Shown here one piece after another: positions 51,667-63,479 of a DNA stretch of 64,000 nucleotides. Source of the stretch: Paraspadella gotoi (taxonomy: Eukaryota; Animalia; Chaetognatha); NCBI GenBank assembly GCA_051294375.1, contig JBJCIZ010000810.1:1-64000 (forward strand), in the 5' to 3' direction. The stretch's first letter is position 1. Each line of letters opens with the position of its first letter. Made by a program: the position numbers and the translations under genes. The notes under the pieces were generated by a model. That model had not been told where the DNA came from and made no database searches. It saw nothing but the letters and a program-made list of their open reading frames with translations.

Positions 51667-52565
51667 AAAAAAAGAAAATGATATATTGCGTAAAGCATAT
51701 TATCAAATGCCCGCGATAAGCGCTCTCGCTTCCGAAACTGAGTTTTTAAAATGGGCTAAACGATTAAAGTCAGAAAATATCCCACAAACAAAAGCAAAAG
51801 ACTTTTTAGAGGCTCAAAAAACGGCGGTGGCTTACAAACAGATTAGGAGACCAAAACGTTACTATAGAAACATACCCAGAATGAAAGTAAATTCTAATTG
51901 GTTAGTTGACCCCGCCGATTTGGTCGAATTAAAAAAATTTTCTGTTTATAGATTCGCATTCTGCGTCATTGACAATTTTAGTAAATTATCTTTTGTGACC
52001 TTGTTAAAGAAAAAAACCACTTCACTGGAATGACAGACCGACGAAGATCTTAACCGGACTTTCACCGTCCCAAGTTCACTGGAATCCTGATAAATACGAA
52101 AAAAGAGTTAGGGAAAATTATTTGCTTCGGTCTAGAATACACAAAGAGAGAATAAGAAAATATTATAAAACAAAAGAAAAACTTAATGTGGGAGATTCTG
52201 TGCTTTTGGCTAAACCCAAAACATTACTGAGTCCCAGAGGTTATCATTCTCCTTTCGACGCTTCCCAGATTTTTAAAATAAAATCAAAATTAAACTCGAC
52301 GCCGCCCACCTTTAAATTGGTCAACTCAGAAGGGAAAGATCATAAAGGCGTTTTTTACCGATACAGTTTGGCTAAAATAAATCCAACTAATTCTTCCGAC
52401 TTTTATTCATTAAAATCCGTGAGAAAAAGAAAAAGTGGAGAAAAACAATTTCTAGTTTCAAAACTGGGTGAAACCAAATCAAACTGGATCGACGAAAAAA
52501 CCTTTAAACAATTAAAAAATGATGAAAAGGGATTTTATGGTCAGGCTGTGGAGCTCGGACAGTAA
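51651..52565 (+). pseudogene. Polinton retroviral-like (rve) integrase with SH3-like and chromo-like C-terminus; catalytic core internally deleted
   Basis: LRKAYY, DFL..Q..AY...RR, W...ADLVE and CVIDNFSK (first D) are present. Only a QTD remnant remains at about 52034. The C-terminus has VGDSVLL..K...RGY...F...IFKI and K.FLV..LG.....WI. Confidence 0.88.
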
Positions 52566-53579
52566 ACAATATTTCCCATCTAATTCCTCATCAAATTTTA
52601 CGAATAAGCTGCCAGAAAGTATCATCATACCTCCAGAGATCCTTTATTGAGGTTGGGGTCTCTGAGTTATCTTACGTGGATGACTTTGAGAACATCGTTC
52701 CTGGAAGAAAAAATGTCGTAAGGGTAATACAATTTATTTCTTAAAGAAATACAAACAAGTTCTTTAATTAATATTTTTCTATTTTTAGGTTTTTGACTGG
52801 TTAGTCGAAATGCCAGTTGGTCATCCAAAAAATCCCTATCCTACAACTGTCTGGGGAGATTTTTATGAACTCAGCATATAGAAGGGAAAATACGACGGTT
52901 TTTTAATATGCAGAACTTTGAATAAGTTTATACAAGAAAATGTACCCAGACTTCAAGATGATGATGTGTTTTCATTCAATCAAGATGAAGGTTATATAGA
53001 ATATAAAACTGAAAATAAGTGGTTAACTATAGAAATCGAAGGTGAAATTTTATACATAAATGGGATTGTGGAATTCAAAGGACTCTGGATTAGTTACGAT
53101 AGGAAAAAGCAAATCGTCGTTTCAATATTCATATCCCTTGTTGAACCAAGATGGGAGCCCTCAGTTGGACGCCGACGGGAATCCTAGGGTCGAAACGAGA
53201 TTTTTTAGCAACGACAGAACGATGAAAAGTCTGGACGAGACAAATAGTCACTTTTATACCCCATCCAATTATATTTAGAAGATCTCGCTTTGATATATAC
53301 TTCAATTTTTTCTGTTGGCCTAATGGGAATTCTATGTAAATACAATAAAAGTTCAAAGAACTAATGGGAGAGTTATGCAAGATTTTCACAATATTCAATA
53401 TTTTCCACTGGCTAAAAATTATATCGATTTTATTGATATAAGTTTAAAGAATATAAACGGAGACTCCCTGTATTTTACCGAGAAATCTGCGAAACAGCCT
53501 GTATTCATCACTCTACATTTTCGCCCAGCAAGGAGTATAAGAAGAAACATCATTGAGAGAGAGAGAGAAGAAGAAAAAA
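52519..53579 (+). pseudogene. Minor capsid protein (penton) with one intron, disrupted
   Basis: N-terminus FMVRLWSSDSKQYFPSNSSSNFTNKLP...EVGVSELSY and C-terminus QYFPLAKNYIDFIDISLKNINGDSLYF...ITLHFR are typical of Polinton minor capsid proteins. Intron at 52718/52724-52788. Frameshifts, stops and a probable deletion are present. Confidence 0.85.
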
Positions 53580-54867
53580 CAAGTTTGAGCAAACAATGTC
53601 GGATCTGCCTACGATAATTAATTAATTAATTAATTAATCGATTAATTAATTAATTAATTTTAATATGTAATAATTAATTTTAAATTTATATTCAACTTAT
53701 CATCATCGATGTCCTTAAAATTGGGTTAGGACAGTTATTAAATATGTTTTGTTTACATTTTATCAAAACAAACAAATATCCTTTATTTTATTTTATGTCT
53801 CCTTGTCTCTCTCACTCTCTCTCTCTCTCTCTCTTTTTATGCAATTGCGACGATCTTTATGCTTTTAAGATTTTTTTAACTTGCATAATTTTTTCACATT
53901 AATTAATTAATTAATTAACTAATTAATTAATTTAAACATTTATTAGTAATCATTAATATTAAAGATTCAAGTAAATGTGACTTATGTTTTCCATCTAAAA
54001 TCCATTTCCACTGGCACAATTCCGTCAAAACTTTATATAGTTATTATATATTAATAAATATTTAAAAGCTTCAGTGCAACAATCCAATGAACTAAATCAA
54101 AAAGTTACATTGAAAATCGATTTAGTAGTAAAAGGAAAAAAAAATTTAAAGAGAACTAGGAGTTATAAAAAGTGTTCAATTTTGGCCCGCCTTACTAGAT
54201 ATTAGGCCGGAACAGGTTGAAAACTAGAAGTTCTCTCAAATGGTTAATGGTTAATGGTTAAGCGACTATTAAATAATATAAAATGAAAATAATTTTTAAA
54301 ATTTTGCTTATCAATTTTTTTATAGATTCTGATAGAGCTTTAAAAGTTAGATAAAGGTTATTAATACAACTTTTTTTTTGTTTTATTAATGAAAAATTTT
54401 TAAAAATAAAATTCAGCCAATAATGATAATGATGATAATTTTTTAAGGTTTTTTCTATTTTTAACCAATTTATTGTCAAAATTTGAAAAAATTATAGTAC
54501 TAACTTTCATTTAACTTTTTAAGCTCTACAAGAATCCGTTCTTAAAAAAATCAAATTTTTAAAATTTTTTTTGTCATTTGTTATATTATTAATAAATATT
54601 TAAAAGCTTCAGTGCAACAACCCAATGAACTAATTCAAAAAGTTACATTGAAATCGATTTAGTAGTAGAAGGAAAAAAGAAATTTTTTTGAGAGAACTAG
54701 AAGTTATAAAAAGTGTTCAATTTTGGCCCACCTTACTAGATATATTGCATGTGATTAAACAATGTTATCGGAATAATAATTTTATCAATTTTATGTATTT
54801 TGTAAGTATTTTAATTATTTTTATTCAGTGAGTAAAATAACTTTTTTATTCGCTAATTTTTATTTCG

Positions 54868-54907
<40 letters not shown>

Positions 54908-55051
54908 AATTGCAACGATCCTTATGCTCATTTTTCTGCTCTCTCTCTGAAGAGAAAAGGCCGAGACCGACGGAGACGTCCAGATCTGACCCATTCGACC
55001 GATTGACCGATCGACCGGACGGACTGACCTGACTCTTTCTCCACCTCTTCT

Positions 55052-55084
<33 letters not shown>

Positions 55085-55448
55085 CAAACTTACTAGGACG
55101 AGATCAAACAAGACAGATTTAGATTCACTGGATCACATTTTAGAGAGACCGTCAACTACTTTCTTACAAAGTTTCTATTACGTTTTTACTGGAGAATCTT
55201 CTACGATTTATTTGATTCTTCTCGATTTGATCTCGATTTTCTCCACGGATTTTATTTACATTTTATTACATTTTTTTACTTTTATTCACGCATTATTCTT
55301 TTCCGACTTTTCGAGCTTCAGTTCATAAAACGTTTTGGGATACTTTTCGCCAGATAAGTTACGACCAAGTGGACCATCCTCACCTCAAGAGGCTCTCTCT
55401 CTCTCTCTTTGCAATTGCGACGATCCTATGCTCATTTTTCTGCTCTCT

Positions 55449-55488
<40 letters not shown>

Positions 55489-57214
55489 TAATAAAGATTC
55501 AAGTAAATGTAACTTATGTTTTTTCCATTTAAACTCATTTCCACTGGCACAATTCCGTCAAAACTTTATATCTAGCTTCTTCACACAATTTCCTACCCGC
55601 TCACAAAATTTCATTTTAATCTATTATTGGTTAAAATAAGTAAAAAGATTCAAGTAAATGTGACTCATATTTTTTTCATTTAAACTCATTTCCACTCGTA
55701 CGTTTCCACCGAAACTTTATATCAAGCATCGTTACACATTTTTCTACCCACACAAAAAATTTGAACTCAATCTATCCATCCAATTATAATTAATTACTAA
55801 TTAGAGTACTTATTGGTTAAAATAATTAAAAATATTTTAGTAAATGCGACTTATGTTTTTTCCTCTTAAACTCACACGATTCCGTCGAAACTTTATATCC
55901 AGCTTTATCACACACTTTCCTACCCACACACAAAATTTCTTTTCCAATCCAACCAGCCAATCACGAGTTATTGGAGCTTTGCTAAGGTGGGACGGATGGA
56001 CGGATTGATTGACTGATTAATTAATTATTGATTAATTAATTGACTAATTGATTAATTAACTGATTAATTATTTGATTTATTAATACATCCTGGATATACA
56101 TTTAATATAAAAGGAAAAAGAATTATAATGAATTAGTGAAACAGGTTTTTTTGTGTTTTTTTCCATTTAAACTCATTTTCACTCAAAAGATTCCATCGAA
56201 ACTTGGTTTCCTGTTCAATCACACACTTTTCTACTCACATACAAAATTCCAGGTCAATCGATAATTAAGTGGTAATAAGCTAACTTGGTCAACTTGCATA
56301 ATTTTATCAACTGGCATAATTTTATCAACTGGCATAATTTTATCAACTGGCCTAATTTGGTCAACTGGCCTAATTTGGTCAACTAGCATAATTCAACTTG
56401 CAGAATTTGGTCAACTGGCATAATTTGGTCAACTAAGAATTTGGTCAACTGGCATATTTTTGTCAATTGGCATAATTTGGTCAATCAATCAATCAATCAA
56501 TCAACATCAATCAATCAATCAGAGAGAGATAGAGAGAAACTTTAAAAAATTCAAATTAAATGTGTCTTTTGGTTTTCTAATTTGAACTCTTTTCCACTCC
56601 TACGATTCCATCAAAAAATTTATATCCAGCTTTATCACATACTTTCCTACCCACACACAAAATTCCATTTCGATTTATCTATTCAATTTTTAATAAACAT
56701 AATAATTATGAGTAAATTGAAGTAAAATACTTCAAGTAAATATGACTTTTGTTTTTCCATTTTAACTCATTTCCACTCGCACGATTCCATCGAAACTTTA
56801 TATCCAGCTCAATCACACACTTCCCTACCATCATACAAAATTTCAAGTCAATTGCCCTATCCACTCATGAGCAATTGGCGTTCAAATAGTGAAATATATT
56901 TTTTTTGTTTTTTCCATTTAAACCAATTTCCACTCGCACGATTCCCTCGAAACTTCATATCCATCTCAATCACACAGTTTCCTACCCACACACAAAATTT
57001 CATACCAATCCATCCATACAATCACGAGTAATTGGAGTTTTTTGCTAAGGTGGGACGACGGACGGACGACGGACATCGTTTTTTTTGCATAATTTATCAT
57101 AATTCGATGTTCTGACATGATATAAGTGTGTGCCCGACAATATTGAGGGGCGGACCGACCGACCGAAAAAGTGAGTTAGAGAGTCGGGATCTGCTGATAA
57201 GCAGATCCGACTAA
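53578..57214 (+). mobile_element. 3.6-kb Helentron-associated element (HINE) inserted in the Maverick
   Basis: 5' sub-terminal gtcggatctg (53598-607) is complementary to cagatccgac in the 3' hairpin (57183-211). Contains (TTAA)n, (CT)n and (GACG)n microsatellites plus 18-bp and about 170-bp internal tandem repeats. Inserted in an A-run with no obvious TSD. Confidence 0.8.
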
Positions 57215-57226
57215 AAATCTGACCTC

Positions 57227-57705
57227 ATGATTTATCCACTCAAACTACCTTTCAATCATTTGCGGGGGTTATCAAAATATGCCACTCCTACTTATCGTGG
57301 GTCTGGATATGGGGGAATTATTGGCCATTCCGTCCCTCAGACTGGTCAGAACATGTTTCAGTCCCTCGCCAGCTTTTTCAAACCGCTTTTAAGGTCCATT
57401 GGTCCAGCGGTTAAGTCCTTAAAACCTTGGGCTTTGAAAGTTATGAAAAAATTGGGAAAGGCAACGGTGGACAGCGGTATAGGAGCTGACGCTTTAACGG
57501 GCAGGTTACAACGAAGGAAGCCTTAAAAGAGGGCGTTACGGAAACTAAAAAAAAAGGAAAAAAAAATTTAAAAAAAGAAATTCCTGAGCAAACCTATAAA
57601 AGAATTAAAACATAAAAAAATCTTCAGTTTGGTTCGGGGAAAAAAAAAAAAAAAAAGCGACGTAGAAAAGAAGACAAAAAAAAACCGCGACAGAGCAAAC
57701 TGTTA
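57227..57705 (+). CDS. Basic core/membrane-active-like Polinton protein, copy 1 (homopolymer frameshifts)
   Basis: Same sequence as 59129-59614 with small indels. Confidence 0.7.
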
Positions 57706-57724
57706 AAAATATTCTATTATCGTC

Positions 57725-59099
57725 ATGGCCTTTGCGGACGATAACCTGACTCGCGGATATGGTGTGGATCCACACGCGGAATGCGTTCACGGGGCTCTGG
57801 ATCTGTTACAAACCAGCCTATGATGCAAAAGCAAGTGGAATCTTGTTACTATGAGGAAATTTTACCTCTAAACTCACTGGCTGAGAATAGGTAATAATAA
57901 ATTCTTAATTGTAAACTGAAAAAGAATAATTAGTCTTTCAACATGTTTTTTTTTCAGTACTGCGAATTCTATCCATTTTTCGTTGCCGCCTTCCATGGAT
58001 ATGACAGCTTTGAATGAAAGTTACTACTCTGTAACTCTCAAGGTCGTTAAAAGTTTGGGTGCGCCTTTGGATCCGTTTACGGCGCCAAATGCAACGACGA
58101 AAAAGGGTAATCACGTGGCTTTAACCCAAATGGCCGCTTCTAGTTTATGGGCGGACGTCAATTATAAGCTGCAGCATGTCTACACCAACGATGTGAATCA
58201 AACATACCCTTACAAGGCAGATCTACTCGTCGAGCTCAACTATTCTAAAAACGTCAAGGAAAAAAAAATGCGCCTGGCTGGTTGGTGTTCGGATCCGGAC
58301 AAAACGGTAGAGTTGCCCAATGCCTTAGCAAGCGAAGAATCGGGTTTTAAAACCCACGCATCTTGGACGAAGAGTGGTGAATTGCTTTTATACGGCGCCA
58401 TCTTTTCACCAATGTTCTTACAATCGAGATTATTATTGCCACAAACTTACAGCAATCTAGAATTTCAAAAATCTTCTATGGCTTTTGTACTTGATAGCAA
58501 CAGCGATAACAACGAATTTAAAGTGGTACTAACGGGAATGAGCTTGTATCTCAAAAGGGTCGTCATGGCTGCTTCGTTCAAGTTGCAACTCGAGGATAAA
58601 TTGGCGCGTGGCAGTCTCGCAAGATACGTTTGCAAAGTGACCAGCGTTCGTACTTTTAACATCTCGGCCAATCAGAAACTGGCCACGTTCGAATCAATCT
58701 ATGACAACAATATAATTCCATTTTTCAGCGCCATCGCAATTGTGACGACCGAGAGTTTTGTGGGAAATTTCAGAAATCCTTTTAATTATCACCATCACAA
58801 TGTGACATCGTTAAAGGTGTCTTATTCTAAACTCACTTTGCCCGGAACGGACGGCTTCAAGACAAATTTTCATACGGGAGAAGAAGACTACTTACAAGGG
58901 TATTTAAATCTTCAAAGGGACGACTTCCATCTCAACGGTTGCATCGACTTGACTTTGGACGAGTGGGCCAAAAAAGGATATACCATCTGGAATATAGGTA
59001 AAGAAGATTAAAATTAATTTCGTACGAAAAAACTACAACTTAAATTTCCCCCCCTTTTTTTTCAGGAACTCCTTATTGGACCCCTTACAACAGCGACCA
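57725..59099 (+). CDS. Double jelly-roll major capsid protein (Polinton MCP), copy 1, two introns, runs into a gap
   Basis: Exon 1 MAFADD...HAECVHGALDLLQ..VQKQVESCYYEEILPLNSL (indels in this copy; open in copy 2); intron 57891-57957; exon 2 57958-58997 open, with SSLWADV, TYPYKA.L..ELNYS, FLQSRLL, NPFNYHH and LDEW.KGYTIW; intron 58998-59065. Confidence 0.92.
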
Positions 59100-59128
59100 N
59101 NNNNNNNNNCGACTAAAAATCTGACCTC

Positions 59129-59614
59129 ATGATTTATCCACTCAAACTACCTTTCAATCATTTGCGGGTGGGGTTATCAAAATATGCCACTCCTACTTAT
59201 CGTGGGTCTGGATATGGGGGAATTATTGGCCATTCCGTCCCTCAGACTGGTCAGAACATGTTTCAGTCCCTCGCCAGCTTTTTCAAACCGCTTTTAAGGT
59301 CCATTGGTCCAGCGGTTAAGTCCTTAAAACCTTGGGCTTTGAAAGTTATGAAAAAATTGGGAAAGGCAACGGTGGACAGCGGTATAGGAGCTGACGCTTT
59401 AACGGGCAGGTTACAACCGAAGGAAGCCTTAAAAGAGGGCGTTACGGAAACTAAAAAAAAAGCAAAAAAAAATTTAAAAAAAGAATTCCTGAGCAAACCT
59501 ATAAAAGAATTAAAACATAAAAAAAAGCTTCAGTTTGGTTCGGGGAAAAAAAAAAAAAAAAAGCGACGTAGAAAAAAGAAGACAAAAAAAAACCGCGACA
59601 GAGCAAACTGTTAA
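59129..59614 (+). CDS. Basic core/membrane-active-like Polinton protein preceding MCP, copy 2 (open, 161 aa)
   Basis: YRGSG...QTGQNMFQSLASFFKPLLR (amphipathic)...KLGK....G..AD.L.G...KEALK...QFGSGKKKKKKRRRKKK matches the QxGxG-containing ORF found just upstream of Polinton MCP genes. Confidence 0.78.
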   Translation: MIYPLKLPFNHLRVGLSKYATPTYRGSGYGGIIGHSVPQTGQNMFQSLASFFKPLLRSIGPAVKSLKPWALKVMKKLGKATVDSGIGADALTGRLQPKEALKEGVTETKKKAKKNLKKEFLSKPIKELKHKKKLQFGSGKKKKKKRRRKKKTKKNRDRANC

Positions 59615-59633
59615 AAATATTCTATTAATCGTC

Positions 59634-59768
59634 ATGGCCTTTGCGGACGATAACCTGACTCGCGGATATGGTGTGGATCCACACGCGGAATGCGTTCACG
59701 GGGCTCTGGATCTGTTACAACCAGCCTATGTGCAAAAGCAAGTGGAATCTTGTTACTATGAGGAAATT
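59634..59768 (+). pseudogene. MCP copy 2, exon 1 only, fused to HINE internal sequence
   Basis: Open MAFADD...CYYEEI, then an abrupt switch to sequence matching about 56258. Confidence 0.8.
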
Positions 59769-60729
59769 TCGATAATTAAGTGGTTAATGAGCTAACTTGG
59801 GTCCACTTGGCATAAATTTATCAACTGGGCATAATTTTATCATATAATACAACTGGCTAATTTAGGTCAACTGGCCTTAATTTGGTCAATGCGTAGCATA
59901 ATTCAACTGCATTGGCATGATGATTTGTTATTAGATTGGTCACGAGTTCTTGTCTGGCAAATTTAGTCAAGTCTAAACATCAATCATCAATTCAATCAAC
60001 TCAATAATTCAGTAGCAGGATAGAAGAACTTACATACTATAATAAAATTCAAATAATGGTGTCTTTGTGGTTTTCTCTAAATTTGAACTCTTTTCCACTC
60101 CTACGATTCCATCAAAAAATTTATATCCAGCTTTATCACATACTTTCCTACCCACACCAAAATATTCCATTTCGATTTATCTATTCAATTTTTAATAAAC
60201 ATAATAATTATGAGTAATTTGAAGTAAAATACTTCAAGTAAATATGACTTTGTTTTTTCCATTTTAACTCATTTCCACTCGCACGATTCCATCGAAACTT
60301 TATATCCAGCTCAATCACACACTTCCCTACCATCATACAAAATTTCAAGTCAATTGCCCTATCACTCATGAGCATTGGCGTTCAAAATAGTGAAATATAT
60401 TTTTTTGTTTTTTCCATTTAAACCAATTTCCACTCGCACGATTCCCTCGAAACTTCATATCCATCTCAATCACACAGTTTCCTACCCACACACAAAATTT
60501 CATACCAATCCATCCATACAATCACGAGTAATTGGAGTTTTGCTATAGGTGGACGGACGGACGGACGGACGGACATCGTTTTTTTTTGGCATAATTTATC
60601 ATAATTCGATGTTCTGACATGATATAAGTGTGTGCCCGACAATATTGAGGGGCGCGGACCGACGGACCGAAAAGTGAGTTAGAGAGTCGGGATCTGCTGA
60701 TAAGCAGATCCGACTAAAAATCTGACCTC

Positions 60730-61210
60730 ATGATTTATCACTCAAACTACCTTTCAATCATTTGCGGTGGGGTTATCAAAATATGCCACTCCTACTTATC
60801 GTGGGTCTGGATATGGGAATTATTGGCATTCCGTCCCTCAGACTGGTCAGAACATGTTTCAGTCCCTCGCCAGCTTTTTCAAACCGCTTTTAAGGTTCCA
60901 TTGGTCCAGCGGTTAAGTCCTTAAAACCTTGGGCTTTGAAAGTTATGAAAAAATTGGGAAAGGCAACGGTGGACAGCGCGTATAGGAGCTGACGCTTTAA
61001 CGGGCAGGTTACAAACCGAAGGAAGCCTTAAAAGAGGGCGTTACGGAAACTAAAAAAAAAAGGCAAAAAAAAATTTAAAAGAATTCCTGAGCAAACCTAT
61101 AAAAGAATTAAAACATAAAAAAAACTTCAGTTTGGTTCGGGAAAAAAAAAAAAAAAAAGCGACGTAGAGAAAAAGAAGACAAAAAAAAACCGCGACAGAG
61201 CAAACTGTTT
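60730..61210 (+). pseudogene. Core-like protein, copy 3 (many indels)
   Basis: Co-linear with copies 1 and 2; preceded by a partial duplicate of the HINE (59769-60720). Confidence 0.7.
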
Positions 61211-61231
61211 AAAAATATTCTATTAATCGTC

Positions 61232-63369
61232 ATGGCCTTGCGGACGATACCTGACTCGCGGATATGGTGTGGATCCACACGCGGAATGCGTTCACGGGGC
61301 TCTGGATCTGTTACACGACCAGCCTATGTGCAAAAGCAAGTGGAATCTTGTTACTATGAGGAATTTTACCTCTAAACTCACTGGCATGGAATAGGTTATA
61401 TATTCTTAATTGTAAACTGAAAAAGAATAATTAGTCTTTCAACATGTTTTTTTTCAGTACTGCGAATTCTATCCATTTTCGTTGCCGCCTTCCATGGATA
61501 TGACAGCTTTGAATGAAAGTTACTACTCTGTAATCTTCAAGTCGTTAAAAGTTTGGGTGCGCCTTTGGATCCGTTTACGGCGCCAAATGCAACGACGAAA
61601 AAGGGTAATCACGTGGCTTTAACCCAAATGGCCGCTTCTAGTTTATGGCGGACGTCAATTATAAGCTGCAGATGTCTACACCAACGATGTGAATCAAACA
61701 TACCCTTACAAGGCAGATCTACTCGTCGAGCTCAACTATTCTAAAACGTCAAGGAAAAAAAATGCGCCTGGCTGGTTGGTGTTCGGATCCGGACAAAACG
61801 GTAGAGTTGCCCAATGCCTTAGCAAGCGAAGAATCGGGTTTTAAAACCCACGCATCTTGGACGAAGAGTGGTGAATTGCTTTTATACGGCGCCATCTTTT
61901 CACCAATGTTCTATACAATCGAGATTATTATTGCCACAAACTTACAGCGATCTAGAATTTCAAAAATCTTCTATGGCTTTTGTACTCGATAGCAACAGCG
62001 ATAACAACGAATTTAAAGTGGTACTAACGGGAATGAGCTTGTATCTCAAAAGGGTCGTCATGGCTGCTTCGTTCAAGTTGCAACTCGAGGATAAATTGGC
62101 GCGTGGCAGTCTCGCAAGATACGTTTGCAAAGTGACCAGCGTTCGTACTTTTAACATCTCGGCCAATCAGAAACTGGCCACGTTCGAATCAATCTATGAC
62201 AACATATAATTCCATTTTTCAGGCCATCGCAATTGTGACGACCGAGAGTTTTGTGGGAAATTTCAGAAATCCTTTTAATTATCACCATCCAATGTGACAT
62301 CGTTAAAGGTGTCTTATTCTAAACTCACTTGCCCGGACGGACGGCTTCAAGACAAATTTTCATACGGGAGAAGAAGACTACTTACAAGGGTATTTAAATC
62401 TTCAAAGGGACGACTTCCATCTCAACGGTTGCATCGACTTGACTTTGGACGAGTGGGCCAAAAAAGGATATACCATCTGGAATATAGGTAAAGAGAGATT
62501 TAAATTAATTTCGTACGAAAAAACTAAACAATTAAATTTCCCCCCCTTTTTTTTCAGGAACTCCTTATTGGACCCTTACAACAGCGACCATGCTGAAATG
62601 AGACGATCGATAATAAGGCGTAGTGAAAGTTACTATACGAAAATTCTAAAAGTCAATTATGAACAACATACCATCAGTGAACATTAATTTGTAAAAAAAA
62701 TTAATTTTATGTTTTTTAATTTTCGGCAGTAGGGCTAATATTTATATTATAGTACTATCCTTATAAAATCAAAATTTTCAAAGTAGGCTTTTCTTAATTT
62801 TGATTGCAGATTTGAATTCTTCGTCAAAAGTTGATAGAAGAAAATATAAATCATTTTAAAAAATTTCTTTCATTAAGTGGTGTTAAAAATTAAAAAAACT
62901 ATATTATATATATAAAAAGTTAATTTTCAGCTTAAAATATAGCTTTTCTCTAATTTTTGACCCACTTAATGAAGGAATTTTCAAAAAAGAGTTATATTTC
63001 TTTTTATCAACTTTTTATGACGAATCCAAATCTGCAAAAAAATCTTTAAAAAAAACTGTTTTGAAATTTTAACATTTATTGGTTTAGTACTAGTATAAAT
63101 ATGGCTTACTGCGTAAATTGTAAAATTTATTATAAATTTTTTGATTACATAAATGTTCATTATATATAATGTTGTTCGTTCTCCACTTTTAGAATTTTAG
63201 TTAAAGTTAAATTTAGAAATTTTACTACGCCTTAGTCGATAATGCAAGACTTCAGATCCAATTCCATCCAAAATCCGAAAACAAAGCTTTAACAGTATTG
63301 ATTTTATCGACTTTTGATGCTACTTTAACAATGTCATCTGACTGAAAAGGTGTCAAAAGAGATTACTAA
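61232..63369 (+). pseudogene. MCP copy 3, full span, frameshifted, last exon split by a MITE
   Basis: Introns at 61395-61457 and 62488-62557. After the MITE, 63235-63369 reads VDNARLQIQFHPKSENKALTVLILSTFDATLTMSSD*KGVKRDY*, the typical Polinton MCP C-terminus. Confidence 0.85.
62614..63234. mobile_element. hAT-type MITE (621 bp) inside MCP exon 3
   Basis: TIR taaggcgtagt/actacgcctta; 8-bp TSD atcgataa (62606-13) and gtcgataa (63235-42). Confidence 0.85.
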
Positions 63370-63479
63370 AAAAACAAAACAAAAAACATGAATACTTTGG
63401 AAATTGAAAAAAATTCTAACAGGACGTCTGCACTAAAAATCTATTTTTGGGAGTNNNNNNNNNNNNNNNNNNNNNNNNN

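Noticed and set aside
58465-58671. Antisense ORFs over MCP, core and ORF238 (also 59263, 61960, 51021, 51366, 23346)
   Set aside because: Shadows of real coding sequence on the opposite strand, with no motifs.
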